Position numbers and translations under genes: made by a program. The notes under the pieces are model-generated. The model searched no databases. It worked only from the letters and a program-made list of their open reading frames with translations, and was not told the DNA's origin. From the human T2T-CHM13v2.0 reference genome, Homo sapiens, in assembly GCF_009914755.1 (NCBI RefSeq), contig NC_060935.1: DNA of 64,000 nt. The stretch is one strand, 5' to 3'. Positions 25,195-38,663 of this stretch are shown piece after piece (the stretch's first letter is position 1; every line of letters starts with the position of its first letter).

Positions 25195-28100
25195 AAAGCC
25201 ATGATGGCTGAGTAGAAACAGCTCCAGTCTGCAGCTCCCACAGAGAAAAACACACAGGGCGAGTGATGTTTGCATTTCAAACTGAGGGACCCAAATCCTA
25301 TCACTGGGACTATCTAGGCAGTTGGTGCAACACACAGAAAGCAAGGAAAAGCAGGGTGGGACGGCAGTTCACCCAGGAGCTACACGGGACAAAGGGACCT
25401 CCTTCCCTCAGGCAAGGGAGGCAGTGAGGGACTGTGCTACCCACCCGGGGTACTATTTTTTCCAGGATTTTTGCAGTCCAGGGCTCAGGAGATCCCCTCG
25501 TGAGCATATACCATCAGGGCCTTGGGTCTCAAGCACAAAACTGGGCAGACCCACGGCTGCTTTTCTGGTCGGAGGCTGTTTGGGCAGGCACTGAGCTGCA
25601 GGAGTTTTTACATAGTCCAGCAGCTCTCGGAACTCTAGTGAGGCAGGAGTCCATCCACTCCCATGGAAAGGGGGCTGAAGCCAGCCAGGGAGCAAAATGG
25701 CCTTGTTCAGTAGGTCCACTCTAACAGAAGCCTGCAAGCTTAGATCCACTGGATTAGTACCCCCCACAGGCCAGCATAGCAGCCTGGTGTAGGCCTAAGA
25801 TGACCGACTTCCCCAGGGGAGGGGCGACTGCCATTACTGCAGCTCTAGTCAGCGGTTTTCCCCTACGAGTGCTAGGGAGGCTGGGCAGATTGGACTGGGC
25901 AGCAGTCTTCACAGTGCATCACAGCCGCTGGAACAGATCATGGCCAGAGTGCTCCTTTAGGTGGGACTGGGATCCATCCCTCCCCACTGGGCAAGTCATC
26001 CTTGCAGGAATTCCACCAACACCAGCCAGGAGTTTACAGACAGAGCTCTCATTTCCCTAGGACAGAGCACCTGTGGGGAGGGGCGGCTGTGGTCTCAGGT
26101 TCAACCAACTTAATCTTTCCTACGTGCTGGATCTGAAGAGTCCCAGCAATCCAGACAAGGGGGCTTCCCCAGCACAGTGAACCAGCTCTGCTAACGGATA
26201 GCCAGACTACTTCCTTAAGTGGGTTCTTGATCCCTTTCCTGCTGACTGGGTGAGACCTTTCAACAGGGGTCACCAGACACCTCATGCAGGAGAGTTCCGA
26301 CTGGCATCAGGTCAGTGCTCCTCTGGGATGAAGCTTCCAGAGGAAGGAGCAGGCAGCAACCTTTGCTATTCTACAGCCTCCTTTGATGATACCCAGGTGA
26401 ACAGTGTCTAGAGTGGACCTTGGGCAAACTGCAGCAGATCTGCAGAAGAGGGGACTGATTGTTAGAAGAAAAACAAAAAACAGAAAGCAATAATAACAAC
26501 AGCATTAACAAAAAAGACCCTACAAAAATCCCATCCAAAGGTCAACAGCTTCAGGATTAAAGGTAGATAAATCTGCAAAGATGATGAAAAACCAATGCAA
26601 GACCGCTGAAAATTCCAAAAGCTGGAATGCCTTTTCTCCTTAAATGATTTCAACACTTCTCCAGCAAGGGCACACAACAGGGCTGAAGCTGAGATGGATG
26701 AACTGACAAAAGTAGGTATCAGAAACTGAGTAATGACAAACTTTGCTGAGCTAAAGGATTATGTTCTAACCCAATGCAAATAAGCTGAGAACCATGATAA
26801 AAGATTACAGGAACTGTTAATTAGAATAACCAGTTTAGAGAGGAATACAAATGATCTGATGGAGCTGAGAAACACAGCATGAGAGCTTCATGATGCAAAC
26901 ACAAGTATTAATAGGCGAATCTATCAGGCAGAAGGAAGAATATCAGAGCTTGAACACTATCTTGCTGAAATAAGGCAGGCAGACAAGATTAGAGAAAAAA
27001 AATAAAAAGCAATGAACAATATTCCAGAACTATTAGACTATGTAAAAAGACCAAACCTACGACTGATTGAAGTACCTGAAAGAGATGGGGAGAGTGGAAC
27101 CAAGTTGACAAACATACTTCAGGATGTCATCCAGGAGAACATCCACAACCTAGCAAGACAGACCAACATTCAAATTCAGGAAATTCAGACAACCCCAGTA
27201 AGATACTCCACAAGAAGATCAATCCCAAGACAGATAATCAGCAGATTCTCCAAGGTTGAAATGAAGGAAAAAATGTTAAGGGCAGCCAGAGAGAGAGGCC
27301 AGGTCACCTACAAAGGGAAGCCCATCAGAATAGCAGCGGACTTCTCAGCAGAAACCCTACAAGCCAGAAAATTCTGGGGACCAATAGTCAACATTCATAA
27401 AGAAAATAATTTCCAACCCAGAATTTCATATCTGGCCAAATTAAGCTTCATAAGTGAAGGAGAAATAAAATTCTTTTCAGACAAGCAAATGCTGAAGGAT
27501 TTTGTCACCAGCAGGCTTACCTTGCAAGAGGTCCTGAAGGAAGCACTAGGAATGGAAAGGAAAATCTGTTAGCAGCCACTACAAAAACATACTAAAATAC
27601 ACAGGCAAATGACACTATGAAGCAACTGCATTAACAAGTCTGTGAAATTAACCAGCCAACATCATGATGACAGGATCAAATTCACACATACCAATATTAA
27701 CCTTAAAAGTAAATGGGCTAAATGCCCCAATTAAAAGACACAGAATGGCAAGTTGGATAAAAAGACAGGACCCGTCAGTATGCTGCATTCAACACTGTTG
27801 GTGGAAATGTAAATTTGTTCAACCATTGTGAAAGAGTGTGTGGTGATTCATCAAAGATTTAGAACCAGAAATACCATTTGACACAGAAATACCATTACTG
27901 GGTATATACACAGAGGAGTATAAATCATTCTATTATAAAGATACATTACATGCATGCATATGTTCATTGCAGCACTATTCACAATAGCAAAGACATGAAA
28001 TCAACCCAAATGTCCATCAGTGATAGGCTGGATAGAGAAAATGTTCTACATATACACCATGGAATACTATGCAGCTATAAAAATTGATGAGATCATGTCC

Positions 28101-28430
28101 TTTGCAGGGACAAGGATGAAGCTAGAAGCCATTATCCTCAGCAGACTAATGCAAGAACAGAAAACCAAACACTGCATGTTCTCACTTATAAGTGGGAGCT
28201 GAACAATGAGAACACATGGACACAGGGAAGGGAACAACACACACTGGGGCCAGAGAAGAGGATGGGGAATGGAGGAGGGCATTAGAGAAAAGAGCTAATG
28301 AATGCTTGACCTAATAAAGAGGTGATGGGTTGATCTGTACAGGAAACCACCATGGCACATATTTACCTATGTAACAAACCTGCACATCCTGCACATGTAT
28401 TCCAGAACTTAAAAAAAATAATAAAATAAA
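25195..28430 (+). mobile_element. L1PA element with 5'UTR, ORF1, large internal ORF2 deletion and 3'UTR/poly(A)
   Basis: ORF 27012..27572 is an ORF1p C-terminal part; ORF2 start atgatgacaggatcaaattc ~27663; jump to the ORF2 end at ~27791. Confidence 0.92.
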
Positions 28431-29109
28431 ATGGCATTATGATGTTCGACATTGAAGGATTTCAAGAAATCAGAAATTCACCTTCACTTTTAATGAGTTT
28501 AGGATTAGAAAAAGGCTCATGACTGCAACTGAATTTGTAGTTCTTCCAGTTCTTCAAAATCTTCACATCACTGAGTGACTGATTTAACCCCAAACTATTT
28601 TCCCCTGCACAATGCAGGTGTATAATTTTGCATTCAATGCACTGTAGTGTTTCTTCAGAGTGTCATGCTCTATCTGCTATTGCTTTTATGTTTGTTGAGT
28701 GTTATACATTCTTAAATAGACTGTGAAATCTTAGGGATCTAGGGTTGAATCCAAATTTACTTTGTATTTCTCAAAACTCTTAGCAAATGTTAGATATGTG
28801 CAGTTTCTCTTCATGAATTTGTCAATAGTAAACTCTGGGATTTGGAAAAATGTCCCTTTTCACATCATGCTTTCACTATGATAACTGTCTTTCTTCTCCC
28901 CACCTCTCCTGCTGTATTCTAAATTCTTCAAAGTTACATACTTTCTATAATTTATATCTGTATTCCTAAAGCAGAAAGTCTTGAAAATGGTTTTCTGAAG
29001 GAAAAAATGGTGCTACTAGCCAGTTCATGTCTTAAGAATCAAGTTTAAAGACTCTAAATCCATTACCTGCTCAAAATTTCATCTTCTGTTTTTTTCTAGT
29101 GTGGTTAAA

Positions 29110-29224
29110 AAAATAGGACATTCTTTCATTTTTATATCAGGCTTAATGGAATGCTTATGGAACTGTGTGTTTTTAAACAGACATGACTCAAAAATAGGTG
29201 CATAAAGAGAGAATTCTTGGCTTC
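29110..29224 (-). pseudogene. Diverged copy of the CASP1-like terminal 3'UTR exon
   Basis: tttttcccacag acceptor; flanks align by eye with 5760-5900. Confidence 0.6.
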
Positions 29225-29542
29225 CTGTGGGAAAAAACAAATAAAGCAAACATTTAAAAAACTTCCACCAAAAGATATGCAAGTTATAGTGTCATACCAC
29301 CAATGGGACTATACACATTCTGAAGAGGAAATAGCCCATGCTGTGTCTAAGTATTCCCCTACTGAAATGAGAGAGAAACACCTATAAGTGAGCATTTGTG
29401 ATCTTATTACCACCTCAGAAATCAACATCAACTGACCCTCAAAAGGAGTGGTTTAAGCAAAGAACTTTTAGAGAAGAGCAATGTACTCTGCACTGACCAG
29501 AAGGAAGGTGTTTTTTCAGAATTCCCTGTTTTTTATACTATG

Positions 29543-29730
29543 GGTAGAGTATCTCTTTTCCAAAATGCTGGGGACACAAAATGTTTTGGATTTCGTACTT
29601 TTCTGAATTTTGGAATATCTACGTTATAATTACTAGTTGAGCATTCCTAATCCCATAACCTAAAATCTGAAATACTTCAATAAGCATTTCCTTTGAATAT
29701 CATGTCAACATCCAAAAAGGTTTCGGTTTT
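29543..29730. mobile_element. Tigger4a-like element, first part (remainder at ~34650-34690)
   Basis: Homologous to 6222-6410; interrupted by an L1 block. Confidence 0.65.
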
Positions 29731-32700
29731 GTTCAACAAAATACTAGCAAACTGAATACAGCAGCACATCAAAAAGTTAATTCACCATAATCCAGTGCAC
29801 TTCATTCCCATAATGCAAGATTGATTCAACATACACAAGTCAATAAATGTGATTCACCAAATAAGCAGGATTTAAAATAAAAAAGCAGACACAGAAAAGC
29901 TGTTGATAAAACCCAACATCCCTTTATGATAAAAAACCCTCAACAAATTAGGCAACAAAGGAAACAGACCCCAAAATAATAAGAGTCATCTATGACAAAT
30001 TCATAGCCAAACATCTAAAAGTATTCCCTTTGAAAACCAGCACAAGACAAGGATTCTCTCTCTCAACACAACTGTTCCACATAATCCTGGAAGTCCTAGC
30101 CAGAGTGATCAGACAGCAGAAGGAAATACAGGTTATCCAAATCGGAAAAGAAGAAGTCAAACTGTCCTCCAATGTACAAAATTCAATAACACTTCTGTAC
30201 ACCACAAACGTTGAAGCTGTGAGCCAAATCAAGAACTCATCTCAACTGCAATAACCAAAAAATAAAAATAAAATACCTAGGAAAACATCTAAAAGAGCTC
30301 TACAAGGAGAGCCACAAAACACTAAAATCAGATATGACACAAACAAATGGGAAAATATTCCATGCTCACAGAGTAAAAGAATCAATACCATTAAAATGGC
30401 CATACTGCCTAAGGCAATCCACACATTCAATGTTATTCCTATCAAATGATCAATACCATTTTTCACAGAGTGAAAAATAAAACCAATTCTAAAATTCATA
30501 TGGAACAAGCGAAGAGCCTGAATAGTTAAAGCCACCCTAAGCAACAAAAACAAAGCTGGAAGCGTCCCCTTTCCTGACTTCAAACTGTACTATCAGGCTA
30601 CAGTAACAAAAACAGTGTGGTCCTGGTACAAAAACAGACACATAGACCAATAGACAAAATGAAAAACTTAGAAATAAAGCTGTATGCCATCTGTTCTTTG
30701 ACAAAGTGGGCAAAAATAAGCACTGAGGAATGGACTCTCTATTCAATAAATGGTGCTGAGACAGAATGAGAGAAAACATTTACAAACGATGTATCCAACA
30801 AAAGTCCAATATCCAGAACCTGTAAGTAACTAAAACAACTCAGCAGAAAAAAATAAATAACCCCATTAAAAAGTAGGCGAAAGACATAAACAGACACTTC
30901 TCAAAAGAAGACATACAAGTAGCAAAAAATATATGGAAGTGTTCAGCATCACTAATCATCAGAGAAAAATGAACCGAAAGCACAGTAAGATACCATCTCA
31001 CACCAATCAGAATGGCTATTGACAAAATGTCAAAAGTATATCATTTGGTCATCATGTATAATAATTTTTATATGTTGCTGTATTCAGTTTTTTAGAATTT
31101 TTGATAATTTTAATGTGTGAATTTATTAGATGTAATTTTTTAATTTCTGAGATTAATGTGCAGCATGTGCAGGTTTGTGACTTAGGTAAACCTGTGCCAT
31201 GGTGGTTTGCTGCACAGATCAACCTATCACCTAGCTATTAAGCCAAGCATGCATTAGATATTTTTCCTAATGCCCTCTCTCCCTTCAAATCCCCCTGTCA
31301 GGCCCCAATGTGTATTGTTCTCCTCCATGTGTTCATGTGTTCTCATTGTTCAGCTCCCACTTATAAGTGAGGACATGCAGTGTTTGGTTTTCTGTTTCTG
31401 TGCCAGTTTTCTGAGGATAATTGCTACCAGGTAATTCATGTCTCTGCAAAGGATATGATCTCATCCTTCTTTATGGTTGCATAGTATTAGATGGTGTATA
31501 TGTACCACATTTTCTTTATCCAGTCTATTGCTGATGGGCATTTGGGTTGATTCCAGGTCTTTGCTATTGTGAAGTTCTGATATCAAGTTAATATTGGTCT
31601 CACAGAATAAATTGAGAAGTGTTTTCTCCTTTTATTTTTTGTGTGAAAATAAAAGTCAAAAAATAACTGATGCTGACAACACTGTGAAGAAAAAGCAATG
31701 CCTATACAATATTGGTGGAAACCTGAATTAGTTCAGCACTGTGGGAAGTAGGTTGGAGATTTTCATACCCAAAGGAATATACATCATTCTATTACAAAGA
31801 TACATGGAAGCGTATCTTCATTGCAGCACTATTCACAATAGCAAAGACGTATAATCAACCTAAATACCCATCAGTGATAGATAGGATAAAGAAATGGTTT
31901 TACATACACAGCATGGAATACTGTGCAGCTATATCATGGAATAACATGCTGGAATACTATGCAGCCATAAAAACAAATGAGATCATGTCCTTCACAGGAA
32001 CATGGATGGAGGTGGAAGCCATTATACTCAGCAAACTAATTCAGGAACAAAAAAACGAACACCTCATGTTCTCACTTAAAGTGGGAGCTGAGCAATGAGA
32101 ACACATTTACACAGTGAGGAGAACAACACACGCTTGGGCCTGTGAGGGTGTCAGGGGAAGGAAGGGCATCAGGAGGAATAGCTAATGGATTCTGGGTTAA
32201 TACCTAGATGATTGGTTAATCTGTGCAGCAAACCACGATGGCAAACATTTACCTATGTAACAAACCTGCACATCCTACACAAGTACACCAGAACTAAAAA
32301 TAATTTGAAGGAAAAAAAAAAACCTTAGATTAACAGAGGAAGAAATACTTCCAAACTTATTCTACAAGGACAGCATTACTCTGATACCAAAACCAGACAA
32401 AGGCACATTAAAAAAAAAAAGAAAAATAAAATATCAGCCAATATGATTGATGAATATTGATGCAAATATCCATAACAAAACACTAGCAAGCCAAATTCAA
32501 CAACACATTAAAAAGATCATTCATCATGACCAAGTAGGATTTATCCAAGAGATGTAAGAATTGTTCAACATATGTAAATCAACCAATGTAATACATTGTA
32601 TCAACAGAAGAAAGGACACAAAACATAAAATCATTTCAATTGATGCTGAAAAAGCATTTAATACAATTCAAGATACCTTGCTCATGAAAATTCTAAAAAA

Positions 32701-34520
32701 AAAAGAACAGGTACTGAAAGAACATACTTCAACATAATAAAAGACATATACTAGAAACCCACAGTTAGTTATACTGAGTGGAGAAAAACTGAAAGCCTCT
32801 CATCTAAGATCAGGATGTCCGCTTTCAACACTGTTATCCAACATAGTGTTGCAAGTCCTAGGCAGAGCAATTAGACAAGATAAAGAAATAAAGGGCATCC
32901 AGATTGGAAAGGAAGAAGTCAAATTATCCTTGTTTGCAGATTATGTGAACTTATATCTGAAAAATCCTAAAGACTCCACCAAAAAACTCTTAGACCTGAT
33001 AAACTAATTCAGAAACATTGCAAGATACAGAAATTAATGTACAAAATTTAGTAGCATTTCTATATGCCAATGATAAGCAATCTGAAAAAGAAATCAAGAA
33101 AATAATTCCATATACAATAGCTAGAATTAAAATTAAATATCTAGGAATTACATTAACCAAAGAAGTAGAAGACCCTTGCAATGAAAACTATAAAACATTA
33201 ATGTAAGATATTAAAGAGGATGCAAAAAAATAAAAAGAATTGTTTATGGATTAAAAGAATCAATATTGTTAACACATCTCTACTACCTAAAGCAATCTAT
33301 AGACTCAATGCAGTCCTTATAAAGATACCACTGACATTCTTCACAGAAATAATAAAATAAGAAGAAATCCTAAAATGTATATAGAACCACAAAAGATCTA
33401 AAATAGCCAAAGGTACCCTGAGGAAAAAGAACAAAACTGTAAGAATCCCATTACCTGACTTTTAATTACACTGCAGAGCTGTAGTTATTAAAATGGCATA
33501 GTACTGGTATAAAAACAGACACATAAATCAATGGAACAGATTACAAAATCCAGAGATAAATCCATACATCTATAGTGAACTCATTTTTGACAATGGTGCT
33601 AAGAATATAAATACATTGGTGAGAGGACAGTCTCTTTAATAAACGGTACTGAAAATAAACTGTATATCCATATACAAAAGAATGAACCTAGACCCCTACC
33701 TCCTGCCTTATACAAAAATCATATCAAAATGAATCAAAGACTTAAATCAAAGACCTCAAACTATGGAACTCTTATAAAAAATGGAGAAATTCTCCAGTCC
33801 TTTGAACTGGGCTTAACACTCCATGAGCATGAGCAACCAAAGCAAAAATGGACAAATGGGATTACATAAAGTTAAAAACCTTTTGCACAGCAAAGGAAAC
33901 CATCAACAATGTAAAGACAAAACCCACAGAATGGGCAAAAAATTGCAAACTATCCATTTGAAAAGGGATTAAAAACCAGCATATATAAGGAGCTCAAACA
34001 ACTCTATAGGAGAAAATTTTAATAATCTGATTGAAAAAATGGGCAAAAGATCTAAATAGACATTTCTCAAAAGAGTACATACAAATGCCAAACAGGTATA
34101 TGAAAAGGTGCACAACATTATTATTAGAGAAATGCAAATAAAAACTTATCTGTGGGAGCTAAATTTTCAAATATTTGAACTCAATGAAGCAGAGATTGAA
34201 GAATTATTACCAGAGGATGGGAAGAATAGTGTGGTGTGGGGGAATTTGGGGAATGTTAATGGGTACTGTTTCTGTACCCATTTAATCACATTGGGTACAC
34301 ATAGACATACAAATGGGCACAATGGACACTGGAGTCAATAAGAGGGAGGACAGAGGTAGAGGGTCAAGGGTTGAAAAACTATTATGTACTATGCTCACAA
34401 CTTGGATGCGAGGAACGATTGTCACCAAAACCACAGCACCATGCAGTATACCCAGATCACGAACCTGCACATGTACCCCTTGATGGAAAATAAAGTTGGA
34501 ATTATATTTAAAAAAACACT
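29731..34520 (+). mobile_element. Composite LINE-1 block (includes an antisense 3' end at ~31135-31573)
   Basis: ORF2 motifs; paralogous to 1-4300. Confidence 0.88.
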
Positions 34521-34808
34521 CAATATCAATATGAGATACTCTTATGGTTTTTATGGAATGAAGGCATTTATACTAGCAATTTTTGAGGACTTTTCAATGT
34601 CACTTTTTGATAAAAAATTGTGGGAGGTAATAGGAAAGAATGTAGATATTGGAGGATTTCAGATTTTGAAATTCTGGATGAGGAATAATACATTTAGAAC
34701 TGGAAATCTTGACCAGAACAGAACTTCGTTACTATTCTCCAACGTCTGCAAACCCCCAACACACACATACACACACTTGCTCACAGACATTCATACAACC
34801 TACTTTTT

Positions 34809-34903
34809 TTAATGTCCTAGGAAGAGAAAGAAACATCTTGTCAATGTCACTCAGTGTTGAGCATCTGTGCCCTACCATCTGGAAGCTCAAATGAAAATCA
34901 GAC
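34809..34903 (-). pseudogene. Orphan CASP1-like exon 9 copy with premature stop and frameshift
   Basis: V*FSFELPDGRAQMLNTE/VTLTRCFFLFLGH*; paralogue of 4590-4683. Confidence 0.85.
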
Positions 34904-35989
34904 CTAAAAAGAGAAAGTCTGTGGACCTTTTGTGATGTAGAATCTTACACCAGAAAAACTGCAACAAATACAGCAACATAAATGACAAAAACAAAAAGTA
35001 TTGGCACCTGCGACAGTTTAAACTGTGCTGAGGAATCATGATGCTGCCACCCCTGCACATCTCCCTGTCATCTTATCCTTTGACTGGAGAGTGTTCTGAA
35101 GGAATCCCTTTACTCCCTGGAATGCGTTCCTTCAACTTCTTAAGATTGCCTTAACAGTTAATTTTTACTGAGGGTAACAATTTACTTCTGCTTTTTGATA
35201 TTCTCTGCGCAAAGACTGATCACAGATGGAGTCTCAGGTTGTAGTAGAATATGCACGTTAGTACAGAAAATGTATGCTCAAACAGTTAATAAAGTCCAAA
35301 GAAAAAGGGATCGTAAAGTGTTCAACTATGAAGGTTTTTAAAAGGTCAGACATTCACTTTGATTTAATAGGATAAAGATTAGAAAAGGCTCATATTTGCA
35401 GGTGAAAGGGTAGTTCTTCCAATCCTCCCTAAATCTTAACATCCCTGAGTGAGCGATTTCACCCCAAACTCATTTTCTTTGCACCATGCAGGGACTTCAC
35501 TGTGCACACCATGCACCCTAGAGTTTCTTTAGGGTGTCATGCACCATCTGCCAAGCGCTTCATTTTTGATGGCTGTCTTACCTTTTCAAGAAGTCTGTAA
35601 ACTACTGAAGTTAATTCAAAATTTACTTTCTCTCTCTTAAATACCTTAACAAAGGGTAGAAATATGGAGGTTCTGTTCATGGATTTGTCGGTAGTAAACT
35701 GTGGGATTTGGGAAAAGTCCCTTATCACACTGCACTGTCACTGTCATAACTATCTGTCTTCTCCCCATCTCTCCTGCTGAGCTCTAAATTTTTTGAAGTC
35801 AGGTACCTGTGGTAACTTGTATCTGCATCCCTAAAGCGGAAAGCGTAGCAAATGGTTTTTCAAATGAAAAAATGGTGCCAATAGCCAGTTCAGATCTTAC
35901 TAATTAAGTCTAACATTCTAAATTCATCACTCCCTCTGATTTCCCACCCCTGTTTCTCCAGTGTGGAAGAAAATTGAGGACATGTTTTT

Positions 35990-37415
35990 ACTTTTATATT
36001 AGATTTATTAAAATGTTCAAAAAAGTCTATTATTAAAAAGACATAATTCCAAAAACCATTACAGAATGAAGAAACTCTTGGTTTCCTATGGGGAAAAAAA
36101 TAAAAAACAAACATAAAAGAGAATTTTGCTAAAAGAAATGTAAGTTATAAAGTTATACCACCAATGGGAACATATGCAATCTTAAAAGGAAAGGCCACAT
36201 GCTATTTAAAAATGTTACCCTGCTGAGGTTAAGGGGAGAAACATCTAAAAGTCAGCCTTTATAGACTTATGGCCACTTCTAGGTCCATATCAGCTGACCC
36301 TCAGAAAGGGTCTAAAAGAAAAACTTCGGGAGAAGAGCAATGTGCTCTACACTGACAAGAAGAAAGGCATTACTTCAGTATTTTCTGTATATTGTACTAT
36401 GGCTTGATTATCCGTTATCCAAGTTGCATGCTACCAGAAGTATTTTGAATTACAGATATTTTTGTATATTGGAATATCTGCATTATACTTACTGGTTTAT
36501 TATCCTTAATCCAAAAACCTAAAATTTGAAATGCTTTAATAAGGATTTCCTTTGAATATCATGTGGGCACTCACACAGTTTTGGATTTTAGAGCATTTCA
36601 AAATTTAAATTTTTGGATTATAAAATTCTAGGCCTGTAGACCTAGAGTCCTTTACTAAAATGGACTTTCAGTACACTTTCCTCAAACTTCCCACACACCT
36701 GACATACCTGCCCACAGACATTCATACAGCTTCCTTATTTTAATGTTCTGGGAAGAGGTAGAAGCGTATTGTCAAAGTCATCCTTTCAGTGCTGGGCATC
36801 TGTGCTTTATCATCTGGCTGCTCAAATGAAAGTCGAACCCGAAAGAAAGGAAAGTCTGGAGAACGGTTTTTCTGAAAAGTTTGTTGACTCATGCCAAAAA
36901 GACTACAACAAATATAGCAAAATAAGTGACAAAAACAAAAAGTACTTGTGTCTGCAACAAGTATAGCCATGTGCTTATCTAAGCATTGAATGACCTCCTA
37001 GGGGCTTTTTAAATCTGTGGTTGGATCTAATAGCCATGAGGGACACAGGCAAATTAGAGTCCACTCATTTGTCTCTGCAGGTCAAGGGGAGGGTGAAAAT
37101 AAATGATTGTTTTATTGAGGCTGTGGGTCTTAATAGATTTGATTTGGCCCCCAGGCTTGTTCACTCTCCAAAGAACTTCAAAACTCTTTTGGAAAGAAGG
37201 GCTTTATGGGAAGATAAACATGTCTGGATCTGCTTCCTATGCTTCCAATTGCAATAGCCAAGCATTCAGGGAAGTAGAGTGAAATAGCATCCACTAGAGC
37301 CCTACCTTGCAGAAAATTTCCTCCACATCACAGGAACAGGCATATTCTTGCAGATGTTCAATGAGTCTCATAATAAAAAGAGAGCCCTTTGTGGGGTGTC
37401 TCCAAGAAACATTAT
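35990..37415 (-). pseudogene. CASP1P1: Caspase-1 pseudogene fragment: exon 8 (37306..37415), exon 9 (36708..36838, stop 36740-36742), 3'UTR exon (to 36085, AATAAA 36004-36009)
   Basis: [36 protein letters not shown] and [32 protein letters not shown]; no upstream exons 5-7 seen. Symbol assigned from my memory of gene order. Confidence 0.82.
36401..36638. mobile_element. Tigger4a-like DNA transposon
   Basis: Paralogue of 6222-6458. Confidence 0.7.
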
Positions 37416-38663
37416 CAGTTGATAAAGCACATTTCACATCTCAAGACTGGCTCTTGCCTGAAGAAAGAGAAGAAACTCTAGTATTTCTGCTCCAGCTGAG
37501 GCATGTTTTGGAATTCATCTATTTTCCATACACTTCATTGTAATTTTAGTGAATACATTCGAAGTTCAGCGAGTATATTTTTACTGATACTCTAAAGGGT
37601 GCTGTATATGGTGCAGGTATTAACGTGGCCTAATCCCTGAGTTCAAAAAGTCGTAAATGTAGTAGAGCGTTAGGAAAAGGCAGAATGTGGTAAAGGGAAG
37701 GGATTGCGGTTTGGAAAAGAAATATCTAAATGTGCATCCCCAAAGTGGCGTTACTGACTGTGATTTAAGTTAATTGTCCATTCCGATATGTAATAGACTC
37801 AGCTATACAGGGAACGGTAATAATTTCATGCACAAGAGATATCTGAGGCTACAAAAGTGTCTGAGCTAAGAGAGAATATGTAATATTCAGTCTACACAGG
37901 GAAATTATGTTAATAAATTATCAATTTATGTTCTTCACATTAAATTTTAATTAAAATATAATACATTGACTGTAAGATATTTACACAAAAGAGTTAACTA
38001 TAAAAATGATAAAACAGAACAAAACTAGAAATCTAAGAAGAATCAATAAGAGGATGATCACATCATAATGGAGAATAAGAAGTTGTTATGAAGAAGAGAA
38101 ATATTAAAGAGAAACAATATTAATTTATTACATGGTAGACACAGAAGTAATGAATATGTGAAAATTATACAAAGGAAGGCATAAGAGAAAAGCAGTAGCA
38201 ATAGCTCTGTGTATAATCACAGACACATTCTTTAATGACACATTTCAGCCAATTATAATGGTCATTAAATGTATATTAATAATAAAATTCTATTTAGAAC
38301 GACAGCTATCTTAGTTGAAGGAAGTAGATAAGAGATAGGGTGGAAACAGGTGTCTCTGCAAATGTTTTGTGAAATTAAGGGAGTAGGTAGTTATTTTTCC
38401 TCAGGAGAGCACTATGATATAGTTGGGATTTGCATGGCAGAATGTGGAGCTTGGCTTAATATGGGAGTTATAAATGACTAAACTGGAGTTTTTGACAGTC
38501 ATGTGGAAAGGAGGAGTAAGGAAAATGAAAGAAAAGAAAAACACAGAAATCAGCAAAATTGATGATGAGAAGCCAGGGGCCTACAAAGAGCTACATAGAG
38601 AGCAGTGAATGTCATGTGGAAGGCTGGGATCAAAGGATATTAAAGAACAGTTCTGTCTAATGT

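Larger units (their letters stand above)
30191..38663 (+). repeat. Segmental duplication, copy B
   Basis: Starts acttctgtacacca as at position 1; homology ends after gttctgtctaatgt. Confidence 0.93.

Noticed and set aside
27012-27572. Longest ORF in the window (186 aa)
   Set aside because: Fragment of L1 ORF1p; the upstream part is broken by stops, so it is not a host gene
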